Origin: a bacterium | GTDB lineage: Bacteria > Vulcanimicrobiota > Vulcanimicrobiia > Vulcanimicrobiales > SCRA01 | Assembly: GCA_004298665.1 (NCBI GenBank) | Contig: SCQY01000356.1 | Span: forward strand, 17,485-81,484 | DNA: 64,000 nt | Direction: 5' to 3' | Shown here: positions 36,338 through 44,810 of the stretch, one piece after another | Layout: each line of letters starts with the position of its first letter | How positions within the stretch are numbered: the stretch's first letter is position 1 | Made by a program: the position numbers and the translations under genes | The notes under the pieces: model-generated | Databases searched by the model: none | Seen by the model: only the letters and a program-made list of their open reading frames with translations | What the model was told of the DNA's origin: nothing

Positions 36338-37243
36338 CTAATTGAAGGGCGACTTGTGCTGGCCATAAATCAACGGGATGAGCTTGTCGGCATACTCGCC
36401 AATCGTTTGGGCGTCGGACTCGATCTCGCCGAGCGCGGTCTTCATGCATGTTGCGGGATCGTCGACGAATGCCTTGTGCTTCGGAAACTCGATTCGATCA
36501 AAATCGACGAGATCCTTGAAGTGAGCGACTGCCCGATCAGCGGCGCCTGGGTCGACAGCCACGATGCGCCAGGTGTCGTAGATATGGCGCACCAGCGCTT
36601 TGTCCCGGTCCTCGCGCACCTTTGCACGGTGTTCGGCAAAGCGGCGCAGAAACGAGAGGACTTTTTCTGCCAGTGTCTCCTCTACGGAAACACATTGCAT
36701 GGCGAAGGGTTCGCCAGCCTGATCAGCCAGTCGATCGATCAGATAGCCGAGCTGATGCTCGGACGTCTCGAAGGCGGGTGCGCGGACCGTGAACTCGACA
36801 CTCAGGTGAGTGCGCAGGCTCTGACGCGGCCCGTAAACCGACGAATACATCCAGCTGCTTGCGAAATACCGGTTGGCATTTCTGGCGCGAGCCTCTTCCG
36901 GAATCTCCTGGAAATCCAGCTCCATCAGCGTTGCGGCCACCCTCCCTTTCAACGCGGAAAGGTGCTTCTTTAATGCGTTGTCGCTGAGACCATGTGCAGG
37001 CGCCAGCACAACTTTGAGATCGACATCCTCCGACATCCGCTCAATGATGCCGTGCGCCTTGGAGAGACTCGTCCCGCCACAGAAGACCAATTTGACGTGC
37101 TCGTGAACGATGGCCGACAACGCGCGCAAAGCGTCAGTTACATGAATGTCCTTCTCGAGAATGGCGGCGGAGATCCCGCCGACGTCTTCTTCAGCGAGTA
37201 GGGCGTCGATCAACTCCCGTTGGTCGGTTGTAATTGTTTTCAT
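36338..37243 (-). CDS. abiEii: AbiEii/AbiGii-family nucleotidyltransferase toxin (type IV TA, DUF1814)
   Basis: FCGGTSLSKAHGIIERMSEDVDLKV (NTase G-G-x-S..., D.D), then ETLAEKVLSFLRR. Confidence 0.8.
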   Translation of the reverse strand: MKTITTDQRELIDALLAEEDVGGISAAILEKDIHVTDALRALSAIVHEHVKLVFCGGTSLSKAHGIIERMSEDVDLKVVLAPAHGLSDNALKKHLSALKGRVAATLMELDFQEIPEEARARNANRYFASSWMYSSVYGPRQSLRTHLSVEFTVRAPAFETSEHQLGYLIDRLADQAGEPFAMQCVSVEETLAEKVLSFLRRFAEHRAKVREDRDKALVRHIYDTWRIVAVDPGAADRAVAHFKDLVDFDRIEFPKHKAFVDDPATCMKTALGEIESDAQTIGEYADKLIPLIYGQHKSPFN

Positions 37244-37631
37244 ATTCGATGGTCTTGGGTCCGAAGCCCAGCTTGCGGGAGATGCGCCGATTCCCGGTAT
37301 TGATTACCACGCCGGCGGCGATTTGCGTCGTCGTGCCCGCGTTATATTCGGCAGTCTGACGGCGTGGATACACTTTCACGCCAAGCTTTTTCAGTGCTTC
37401 TGGTGCCAGGAACTCGACCGGCTCGACCGGGATCGGCTTCCCGCTCAACACGCTGCGCTTCGCCTTGGCGTAGACGCCTACCCCGATTTTAACCACTGCG
37501 CCTTCATCGACCAGATTGCGCAGCGCACGGCTCAGCTGGGCCTCGCTGCCCAAGTCCAAGAAATCGGCCCGCAGGAAGACATTTGTCCTTTTCCGGCCGA
37601 GCGCCTTTCTCAATTTGTCTCGTAGGGTCAT
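37191..37631 (-). CDS. abiEi: AbiEi-family antitoxin/transcriptional regulator
   Basis: ATG 37631 follows ggagg. MTLRDKLRKALGRKRTNVFLRADFLDLGSEAQLSRALRNLVDEGAVVKIGVGVYAK is a winged-HTH AbiEi N-domain. The 3' end overlaps the abiEii start. Confidence 0.7.
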   Translation of the reverse strand: MTLRDKLRKALGRKRTNVFLRADFLDLGSEAQLSRALRNLVDEGAVVKIGVGVYAKAKRSVLSGKPIPVEPVEFLAPEALKKLGVKVYPRRQTAEYNAGTTTQIAAGVVINTGNRRISRKLGFGPKTIEYENNYNRPTGVDRRPTR

Positions 37632-38180
37632 GATGACCTCCGTCAAACATCAATCGCAATTCTAACCGATTGATTCTACGATGAAAATACGTCACGCGAC
37701 GCTCACCGGCCAAGCTGGTCCAGTATAGCCTTTGTGGACGTCTTCGTCTGCTCCACGGCCGTCAAAAGATGAGGGCGAGACGCTGCAGGCGGCACAGGGT
37801 GCACGAGCACGCACCCCCACCCGGGTTGACTGGCAGACGGAGGCTGTCCTGAAAATGGGGGCCGTAAGTTCGCGATCTGGACAACAAGGTGTCGACGAGC
37901 CGCGTGCGCCACGAATAGGCCAACTTGTTCCATTTTGTTCCGGTTCCCCTTCGGGGTAGATTTGGGGGTAACCGATGCGTCATCGAATCCGAAGTCACCC
38001 GCGGGGCAGGCCTGAGCGACCTGAGTGTGAATCCCACCCGGCCCACCAAAGAATCTCCGAACTATCCCCAACGTCTCTGTGCCGTTAAGCATAAAGTGGC
38101 CACTTGGACAGGTTATGCTTGATTTCCCGATGGGACACGTTTTGCTTTATCGGGTAACGGTGCTAGGGTCAAAGGTTTTG

Positions 38181-38234
38181 CCCCGCGGAGCGGGGCGTAG
38201 ATATGACAAAGCCGGCGCGTAGCCGGCTTTGTCA
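38181..38234 (-). terminator. Two strong hairpins just downstream of tniQ
   Basis: CCCCGC-gga-GCGGGG (38181-38195), and a perfect 13-bp stem TGACAAAGCCGGC-gcgta-GCCGGCTTTGTCA (38204-38234). No U-tract, so terminator function is an inference. Confidence 0.4.
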
Positions 38235-38256
38235 TTGATGGAGGGGGGAGCCTCGA

Positions 38257-39555
38257 TTAGCTTACGCCGAGCGTCTCCTTGACCTCCTGTAGGACGTCTA
38301 TGACACCTCGGATGCTGCCCAGGACCTCCTTCGGTACGCGGGCATCGAGCTCTCGTAGGTTGATTGCCTTGCCGTCGGCGAGGATATCCCTGCACGCGGC
38401 CTCGATGACGGTGCGAGCATTGTCGACGCTTCGTTCTTTCCGGCGCTGCATGTATTGCGTCCAGCGCTCGGCCAAAACGCGTGCCTCCTTGTTCGCGTGT
38501 TGATAAAGCAGTCGGGCGTCGACGTCGAGCCTGCGTGCGGCTTCGGACACGCTGATGATTGACGGTAGCTTGCTGAATGTCCGCAGTTCAGCCCGGACGT
38601 TATCCCAGTCGATTGCGCGAGCAGCCGCACGTTTTGTTTCGTCCGGAAACAGCAGTGCCAGCTGGTGGATTTCCGCCGAACACGGAGCCCAGCCGATTAA
38701 ATCGCCCATGAGCAACTGTGGCAGTGCCAATCCTGTCTGTGAGGCGATGCGCAGATGCGCCGGCAATGCAGGGGCCCCCGCCTGCTTCAGCCAATAGTGA
38801 ACCGTTGTCTTGCTCAGGCCTACACGCCGAGCGAAGAGCGCCCCTTTGCCGTTGTCTAGCCGGGTGACGAGCGTTTGTATTGCGTCCTGCATTGCGTGCC
38901 GGGTTGGCGGCGTCTCGAGGGACCCTTGCGCCTTCAGCATCGCCCCGACCTGGGTTGCCTTCCAAAGCTCTTCTGGCGTAGCAGCAGGAGGCGGCTCTCC
39001 GTCTCCGAGAAAGGCGCCGCAGTGCGCGCACCAGCCGGGCACGACGTACGCGGACTTGTGTCGCGCGTCGGGGCGGCCGCAATCCGGGCAGATATGCACC
39101 AATTCGGTCTTGTGTCTTGCGCACACAGTCACCGCACCCACGTCCCATGCCAGGCGGAAATACGGTGTCTTGCCGCTTTCCTTGTCTTCGGCGAAGCACG
39201 CTGGACACCAGCGTGCCCGCGTCGCAGCGAGGCTCGTCTGTGCGATAACGTCACGCCATGGCAACAGCGTGAGTCTGTCCAGCCGCTCGACGCTCGTTAG
39301 GGCAGAGAGAGCGGCCGACCAGTTGCTGGCTGCTTCTCCGATGCCGCCAATGTTTCCCACGTGCCATTCGTGTTTCTCGGAAAGCTCCCAGCCAACGGTC
39401 CCGGCGACTTGCCTGCAAAGCGCTGCGACGGACACGCTATGCGATACGGCCAGCCGGCAGAAGTAGCTGAGCAGGCTCTCGACCTCGGGCGTGTCGAGGC
39501 CGATGGGCGCCAGAGCGTGCAGCGTCGAGCGCGGATTCGAAATCGAATAGCTCAT
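38257..39555 (-). CDS. tniQ: TniQ/TnsD-family target-selection protein
   Basis: Start MSYSISNP (39555) forms an ATGA overlap with the tnsC stop. TniQ N-domain (LAPIGLDTPEVESLLSYFCRLA), Cys clusters CPACF..CARH..CPDCG..CAHCG, and a C-terminal HTH-like region. The upstream extension to 39777 is rejected. Confidence 0.8.
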   Translation of the reverse strand: MSYSISNPRSTLHALAPIGLDTPEVESLLSYFCRLAVSHSVSVAALCRQVAGTVGWELSEKHEWHVGNIGGIGEAASNWSAALSALTSVERLDRLTLLPWRDVIAQTSLAATRARWCPACFAEDKESGKTPYFRLAWDVGAVTVCARHKTELVHICPDCGRPDARHKSAYVVPGWCAHCGAFLGDGEPPPAATPEELWKATQVGAMLKAQGSLETPPTRHAMQDAIQTLVTRLDNGKGALFARRVGLSKTTVHYWLKQAGAPALPAHLRIASQTGLALPQLLMGDLIGWAPCSAEIHQLALLFPDETKRAAARAIDWDNVRAELRTFSKLPSIISVSEAARRLDVDARLLYQHANKEARVLAERWTQYMQRRKERSVDNARTVIEAACRDILADGKAINLRELDARVPKEVLGSIRGVIDVLQEVKETLGVS

Positions 39556-40592
39556 GCTGCGCTCCTTCTGCTGGTCGATGCGTGCCGCCGCTGGGTGGGC
39601 ATGATGCGGGTGAGGCCGGGATTGATGGCCTCCTCGCCCTCGAGGATTTCGGTGAGAATCCGGTCGCGCTGCGCCTCCGTGAGCAGCGCGCGCCGTAGCG
39701 CATCGGTTGACCAACGACCGTCGGCATCGGCCAGTCGGGAGGCTCGGACAAGCACGCTGCTCAGCGTGCCGATGCAACCGAGCGTGTTTTCATGAAGCGC
39801 CTCCGCGTAACGCGTCAACTCGCCGCCCCACAGCGCGGGCAGCATCTTTTCGAATGCCTGGATACAGGCGATGAATGCGCGAACGTCTTCGGGGCGGTCC
39901 TGCCGATAGCGTTCGAAATGGAGGACATGCGAGCGTCTGGCGAGTTGACCAGACAGCGACATAAGCCGGTAAAGGTCGTAGGAGCCGACCAACACCATCT
40001 GCGTGCCGCATTGGTTCACCAGGGACTTCAGCGTATCGAGCTGAATCTCCAGCTTTGAACTGCCGCGCGTCTGGTGAATGATGTGTGCTGCTTCGTCGAT
40101 GACCAGGAACTGGACTTTCCGCTCGCGCAGCGAGCGCTCGACGGCCGTCCGTAATGCCGCGAGACTGTTGCCACTGGCACCGCGCGGCCGCACCATGCGT
40201 CCCGATTGGGCGTCGACGCCATAGGCCGCTTTCGGCGAGTCGAGGTCGTCACCGAGTTGGGAGAGAATCTGGCGATAGAAAAGTCTCCACGAGAAATCGT
40301 TCTCGCCAGAGGCCGGTGCTTCGACGAAGAGGGCCGGAATCGTGCCGGCGTTCGCCTCCATGTCCGCGGCGGCGCGTTCGACCGCCGCCTCGACCATGTA
40401 CCTGGCCAGCGTGGTCTTGCCCGCTCCCGTCGGACCACAAACGAGGAGTGTGCTGTCCTGGCTGCCGGGGTAAATCAGGGTCTCCAGTTCAGACATGACC
40501 TGTGCAATGCGCGGGTGTCTGATGCGCTTGCCGAGCAGAGCGCTCGCCGAATTTGGTACCGGCGAGAGCGGGGCGGAATGTTTTTGTTGCAT
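39552..40592 (-). CDS. tnsC: TnsC/TniB-family AAA+ transposition ATPase
   Basis: Walker A is VCGPTGAGKTTLA and Walker B is FLVIDEAAH. 346 aa. Located between the transposase and tniQ. Confidence 0.85.
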   Translation of the reverse strand: MQQKHSAPLSPVPNSASALLGKRIRHPRIAQVMSELETLIYPGSQDSTLLVCGPTGAGKTTLARYMVEAAVERAAADMEANAGTIPALFVEAPASGENDFSWRLFYRQILSQLGDDLDSPKAAYGVDAQSGRMVRPRGASGNSLAALRTAVERSLRERKVQFLVIDEAAHIIHQTRGSSKLEIQLDTLKSLVNQCGTQMVLVGSYDLYRLMSLSGQLARRSHVLHFERYRQDRPEDVRAFIACIQAFEKMLPALWGGELTRYAEALHENTLGCIGTLSSVLVRASRLADADGRWSTDALRRALLTEAQRDRILTEILEGEEAINPGLTRIMPTQRRHASTSRRSAA

Positions 40593-40600
40593 GAATCACC

Positions 40601-43312
40601 TCAAAAAGTGTCAAGGTCAGGAATGTCGTCCCACGCCGCTGCCTCGGGCGGCGATTGGACCGGATTGTTTGTTGATGTCGTTGATGACCTTGTCTCTGCC
40701 GGCGATTCGGCAGCGCTGGATGTTTCCTCGATGAGGCTAAATCGATTTAGAGGAGCAACGGGGGCGATGCTCGCAAACTGCAAACTGTTATAAAGCGACT
40801 TGTTTTCCGCCTGGCGTTCGAGAGCAACAGCCATCGCGCCTTCTGGCGTGAAGGTGCGCATGAACTCCTTAAGGCGCTGCGCGTCCTGCTCGTCAGCGAC
40901 CGATGTGCGGTAGCGTCGGTCGTATTCTTGGGTCAGTGCTTTCCTCTCGTTTTCGGTTAGCTGGCCAAGACCGCTCAAGCTCGGGCAGACGGCTTGAATC
41001 CATTGGTCCTTTATCCGTACATAGACGGACGATGCATCCCACGGGTCATACCTGACGGGAAGCCGTTGACCGGCGACTTGATAAGACCGGAATGCGGGGT
41101 GGTGATAGAGCCGCTCGTTCACCTTTACGCCGCGCTGCGGATGAATTTGTCGCAGTCCTTCCCGGTCAACCGGGGGGCATGTCGCAATCAGGAAGTCCCT
41201 GTTGAACTGGATATGCAGGTGCTCCCGCGAGCCGCTTTCACGAAGGCCACGCTGAAACGCCTCACGCGGCGATTCGCCGAGGACGGGGTGCTGTTGCTGG
41301 TCATAGAAATCCGTAGCCCAGTGTTCAATGCCGTAATACATTGGTTCGAGCGTCCACTCGGCGAGGTTCTTGGGTAGATGCGAACCGGACACCATGCGGA
41401 CTTGCTTTGTGGCCTTCGTGTTGCCCGCGAGACCGTGTATGTAATCGACGTTCAGCCGGCCGAACATTCGTTCGAGCACCGCACCGTGACGTGGGTTGCC
41501 GGACGGACGGAAACGCAGATGGCAACCCATTGCCTTGAGAAATGATTTGAATGCTGAAGACCGAAAGTCGCTGCCGTTATCGACGACCATAATTTCAGGC
41601 AGCCGATGAAAGCGACGGACCATGTCGCGGACCGCCATCATCACCGAGTGATATGAAGGCGGGTCATACGTTAGGAATATGCCCACGATGCGCCGGGTAT
41701 ACGCGTCCACGGCAAGCGATAACCACGGCCTGCCGAGGTTCTTGCCCGTGCGGCTGGAAATGAGTTCGATGTCCAGTTCGGTGTGGTCGATATGCACATA
41801 CTGGAACGGTCGGCTACCGTGAATCGGCGTGTGATAGTGCAGGGCGTCCACGAAGGCATCTTTCTGGTATGCCAAGCGTTTGCCTTCGCGAACCCGAGTG
41901 TCATGGTTGGTCGTCTGCCCTTTGATGCGTGCAATCAAGGTTGGGTATGACGGCGCCGGCACATTTTCTTGTTCGCACATCACTAGCAGGTGCCGATGGC
42001 AGGTCTTGTAGTTAATTGCCTTGCTGGTTCGCCATTCTTTGTCAATGACCCGGTCCATCATGTCAATCTGCTCTTCACTCAGCCGAGCCGTGTGGTTTCC
42101 GCGAGCACTGATGTGCGGTACCAAAGCCAGAATCTCATGGTCGCCATTCGCTCGAGCGACGGCCTGGCGAGCATTCCAGCGACGCAATGTCCTGGCGGAA
42201 ACAGTCGCCACTGCCGATTCGGACTGGAGTAGCGTCTGGCGCCGAAGTGCTTCCGCGTACTCTTCTTCGGTATACCGGCTCAGACCGAGGTCGGCGGGCG
42301 GTGCTGCTTCGAGGACCCGGATGCGATTTTTGTCATGAGCCGCAAGGAGCCAGTCACGCTGAAGCTCCATGGTGGTTTGGTCCTGCCTATTGCAGACCAC
42401 GCTTTTTTCGCCGACCAGCGTGATGGTCAGTTCCTGGCCTTCGAATTCGAACCGCGTGCCGATGGCGATATGAAGTGCGAAGCGTTCGTAGCCGGGCGGC
42501 GTTGCGCGATGTGACTCGGCATAAAGGAACTCGCGAAGCGTTTTGTCCCGGTAGATTCGGAAGCGTCGAGGATTGCGTAGGGACTCGTGGTCAAGGTCCG
42601 TCACAACGAGTTGGTCAGCGATGGCCTTGTTCACATGGTCGGCGCTGAACGCGTACGGCGGCTCGAGCAATTCGTAGAAATGCAGGGCACCATGTTCCTT
42701 CAGTGCGGCATCGAGACGAGCGAGAACATCCTCGGGGCAGGGTTCTGCGGCCGGGAGGTAGTAGTCGGCGAGATGCTGCAGGTTTTCGATGCGGCGCCGG
42801 GGAATCGCGGCGTCGCTGCGAATCCGGTACCGAATACCGCGTTCGGCGAGCTGCTCCTCGATTTGCGGCGAACACCAGTTCCCATCAGGATGTCGCTGGT
42901 AGCGATAGGGGTACTTCTCGGCCAGCCGGGTCAGCTTTGCCTCGGACTTCCATTCCTCGAGCGTGATGCCGTCCTTGGAAATGACGAGAAAGTCCGGCGT
43001 GTGATGTATCGCACGGATTTCACCGGTGGAGTCGTCGACCAGGGTGAACTGCAACTTGCACGGCTGCGGATAGAACTCCAGCACATGTTCGTCGTATTCG
43101 AACCCGATAGCGGCGGCGAACTCGATGCCGTAGCTCTCCGTGGCGATTTCGCGCGCCATCTTCCTGCTTGCCACATAGGTAATGACATTGCCTCCCCGGG
43201 AGGCCACATCGCGCACGGGCGCGTGGATGCGCGCCTCCTGGACCAGCTTGCGGCCCGGGAGCGGCGTGCCCAGATGGTCGAACAGGTCGGTCAGTTGTGC
43301 CTTGTTCAGCAT
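40601..43312 (-). CDS. Tn7-like transposase: single 903-aa ORF fusing a TnsA-type endonuclease N-domain to a TnsB/MuA-type DDE transposase
   Basis: N-terminal part: ESYGIEFAAAIGFEYDEHVLEFYPQPCKL...HHTPDFLVISKDGITLEEWKSEAKL (TnsA E..D..K pattern). Centre: YVHIDHTELDIEL, IMVVDNGSDFRS (DDE), with Mu-transposase C-terminal-like sequence. Confidence 0.85.
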   Translation of the reverse strand: MLNKAQLTDLFDHLGTPLPGRKLVQEARIHAPVRDVASRGGNVITYVASRKMAREIATESYGIEFAAAIGFEYDEHVLEFYPQPCKLQFTLVDDSTGEIRAIHHTPDFLVISKDGITLEEWKSEAKLTRLAEKYPYRYQRHPDGNWCSPQIEEQLAERGIRYRIRSDAAIPRRRIENLQHLADYYLPAAEPCPEDVLARLDAALKEHGALHFYELLEPPYAFSADHVNKAIADQLVVTDLDHESLRNPRRFRIYRDKTLREFLYAESHRATPPGYERFALHIAIGTRFEFEGQELTITLVGEKSVVCNRQDQTTMELQRDWLLAAHDKNRIRVLEAAPPADLGLSRYTEEEYAEALRRQTLLQSESAVATVSARTLRRWNARQAVARANGDHEILALVPHISARGNHTARLSEEQIDMMDRVIDKEWRTSKAINYKTCHRHLLVMCEQENVPAPSYPTLIARIKGQTTNHDTRVREGKRLAYQKDAFVDALHYHTPIHGSRPFQYVHIDHTELDIELISSRTGKNLGRPWLSLAVDAYTRRIVGIFLTYDPPSYHSVMMAVRDMVRRFHRLPEIMVVDNGSDFRSSAFKSFLKAMGCHLRFRPSGNPRHGAVLERMFGRLNVDYIHGLAGNTKATKQVRMVSGSHLPKNLAEWTLEPMYYGIEHWATDFYDQQQHPVLGESPREAFQRGLRESGSREHLHIQFNRDFLIATCPPVDREGLRQIHPQRGVKVNERLYHHPAFRSYQVAGQRLPVRYDPWDASSVYVRIKDQWIQAVCPSLSGLGQLTENERKALTQEYDRRYRTSVADEQDAQRLKEFMRTFTPEGAMAVALERQAENKSLYNSLQFASIAPVAPLNRFSLIEETSSAAESPAETRSSTTSTNNPVQSPPEAAAWDDIPDLDTF

Positions 43313-43448
43313 TACGTCCTCACAGAAATTGCCTACAAAGGACGTGTAGTGCTGCGCGCATCCGACCGGTCATATACGACCGATTAAAGTGTGCGAGAAT
43401 TCGCGCTTCCTCAAAAATCTGAGGCCAATTCAAGGCAAAGGTGCAACG

Positions 43449-43712
43449 ATGGGCGAGAGGCTGCGCAAAAGGACTGCGTCCCAAACGGACGTGTACGGCT
43501 CGTGGGAGGAGACGGCGAAGGAGCTGATAGTGGAGAAAATGTACCGACGGCGCCTGACCTATAAGGAACTGGCGAGGCGGCTGGATCAATACGGCATAGA
43601 CGAGTCGCCGGACCAGATAAACCGGAAGGTCAACCGGAAGACGTTCTCGGCGGCGTTTCTGCTTGCGTGTCTGGCGGCGATGGGTGTCAAGGCCGTTCGG
43701 ATTACGCAGTGA
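43449..43712 (+). CDS. DUF6471 domain protein (small HTH-like), divergent from the transposase
   Basis: MGERL...RRRLTYKELARRLDQYGIDESPDQINRKVNRKTFSAAFLLACLAAMG matches my recollection of DUF6471 (..N K.SRG.FSA.FFLQCL.AIG). Internal ATG chosen. Confidence 0.6.
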   Translation: MGERLRKRTASQTDVYGSWEETAKELIVEKMYRRRLTYKELARRLDQYGIDESPDQINRKVNRKTFSAAFLLACLAAMGVKAVRITQ

Positions 43713-44810
43713 GCGGGCGCTCGGGACACAAGCGTCCGTACAGAACCTGCGCGGGTTCACCCATCGGAATCGCTCCGCCTGTCGCATGGCCGTCTCACCT
43801 CGTACCCTCTCATAAAATGGGGAACGATGCCATTGACTAAAGGGCCATAGCACAGAGGTTGCGAATACTCAGGTCGGCGTTGCGCCGAACTTCCAAGCTA
43901 GTAAATTTGACGGTCGGGTTCAAGGATTGTTGACGGGCGATGTTTGGCGGGCGCTCGTCCTTGGTGGCACATCGGAACAGCGACCGCGTCTTGTCCCCAT
44001 AAACTGTTGACAAACCCGTGGATAAGTGCTTGAGGACGCTGCTAAGCCATTGATGCTGCTATGTTTTGTGACGGTGACCTTCCAGTGAGCGCCGGCGGAC
44101 GATATACACATTCACCCGTCGGTGGCGGCGACGTTCACGAAAGCCTTCGCGATTCGAATATCGTCCTCGATGACGGCAACACGGCGTGATGCGTTGGAAC
44201 GAAGCCGGAGCGGCGTCCGCGCCAACGGCGGAGCCTCCTGCGTCGAAGACGCCGCTTGCTTGCAGTGCTTCAATTGCGTTGGCGGCAACAGAGCATGCTC
44301 ATGCGCACGAAAGACACTATACGGTTGTGCCACACGTCGGCCGAGCACAAGCCGTCCGACGACAGGGCCGCCCCGTCCGACTGACGGGCTTCGGTGAGTG
44401 GCCGCTTGCGTGGACGGGGGCTGAAACCACCACTAGCACGCAGGGGATAGCCGAGACTAGGGGGATAGCGTCTGAGATATCGGCAACGGGATGGCGAAGC
44501 TAGCGTCCCGGAGGACGCGTAGAGGCTGGCGGGCGAGGCGGCTCCATACCGGTGACAACTTGGGCGGAGAGGCTGAGTGGAAGGTTTTCCCGGGCGTAGA
44601 TGCCGTAGGGAGGGCTGGGCTCAGCCTCACCACCCGGAGACACAAACCTGCGGTAGTGCTCAGGGCTGAGCCATTCAAGGGAACAGTGGGTACGAGGAGG
44701 AAGATTGATACTGATTGGTCGAGCGCGCAGCGCAACGACTCGAACGAAACTACCTCGCTTCGGCGACGGTGTAGCTATAATCGGCTAAAACATCGAACCC
44801 AAGAACTATC

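Noticed and set aside
38021-38048. tRNA or tmRNA 3' end (…GTGAATCCCACCCGGCCCACCA)
   Set aside because: I could not pair a T-stem: the 5' strand would need GTGGG but CTGAG is present. No matching 5' acceptor strand or D/anticodon arms lie upstream. At most it is a degenerate att-like fragment.
37703-38092. 129-aa reverse ORF in the abiEi-tniQ gap
   Set aside because: No RBS, no recognisable domain, and odd composition. The region is treated as non-coding.
38600-39466. Alternative-frame ORFs (202 aa reverse, 218 aa forward) inside tniQ
   Set aside because: They overlap a well-supported TniQ reading frame and are shadow ORFs.
42587-43387. 266-aa plus-strand ORF
   Set aside because: Antisense to the N-terminal (TnsA-like) part of the transposase, and it has no motifs.
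43320-43853. 177-aa reverse ORF
   Set aside because: Antisense to the DUF6471 gene. The translation is R-rich and low-complexity.
28994-44115. 5-bp target-site duplication for the proposed Tn7-like ends (28999 / 44110)
   Set aside because: The flanking pentamers differ (TAGAG vs TTCAC). The end assignment therefore stays tentative and is not listed as a feature.
43713-44810. Group II intron or retron ncRNA
   Set aside because: No reverse-transcriptase ORF is nearby. By eye I could not find a GUGYG 5' end, a domain V consensus or msr/msd-type flanking inverted repeats. The idea is kept only as 'possible structured RNA' in the findings.
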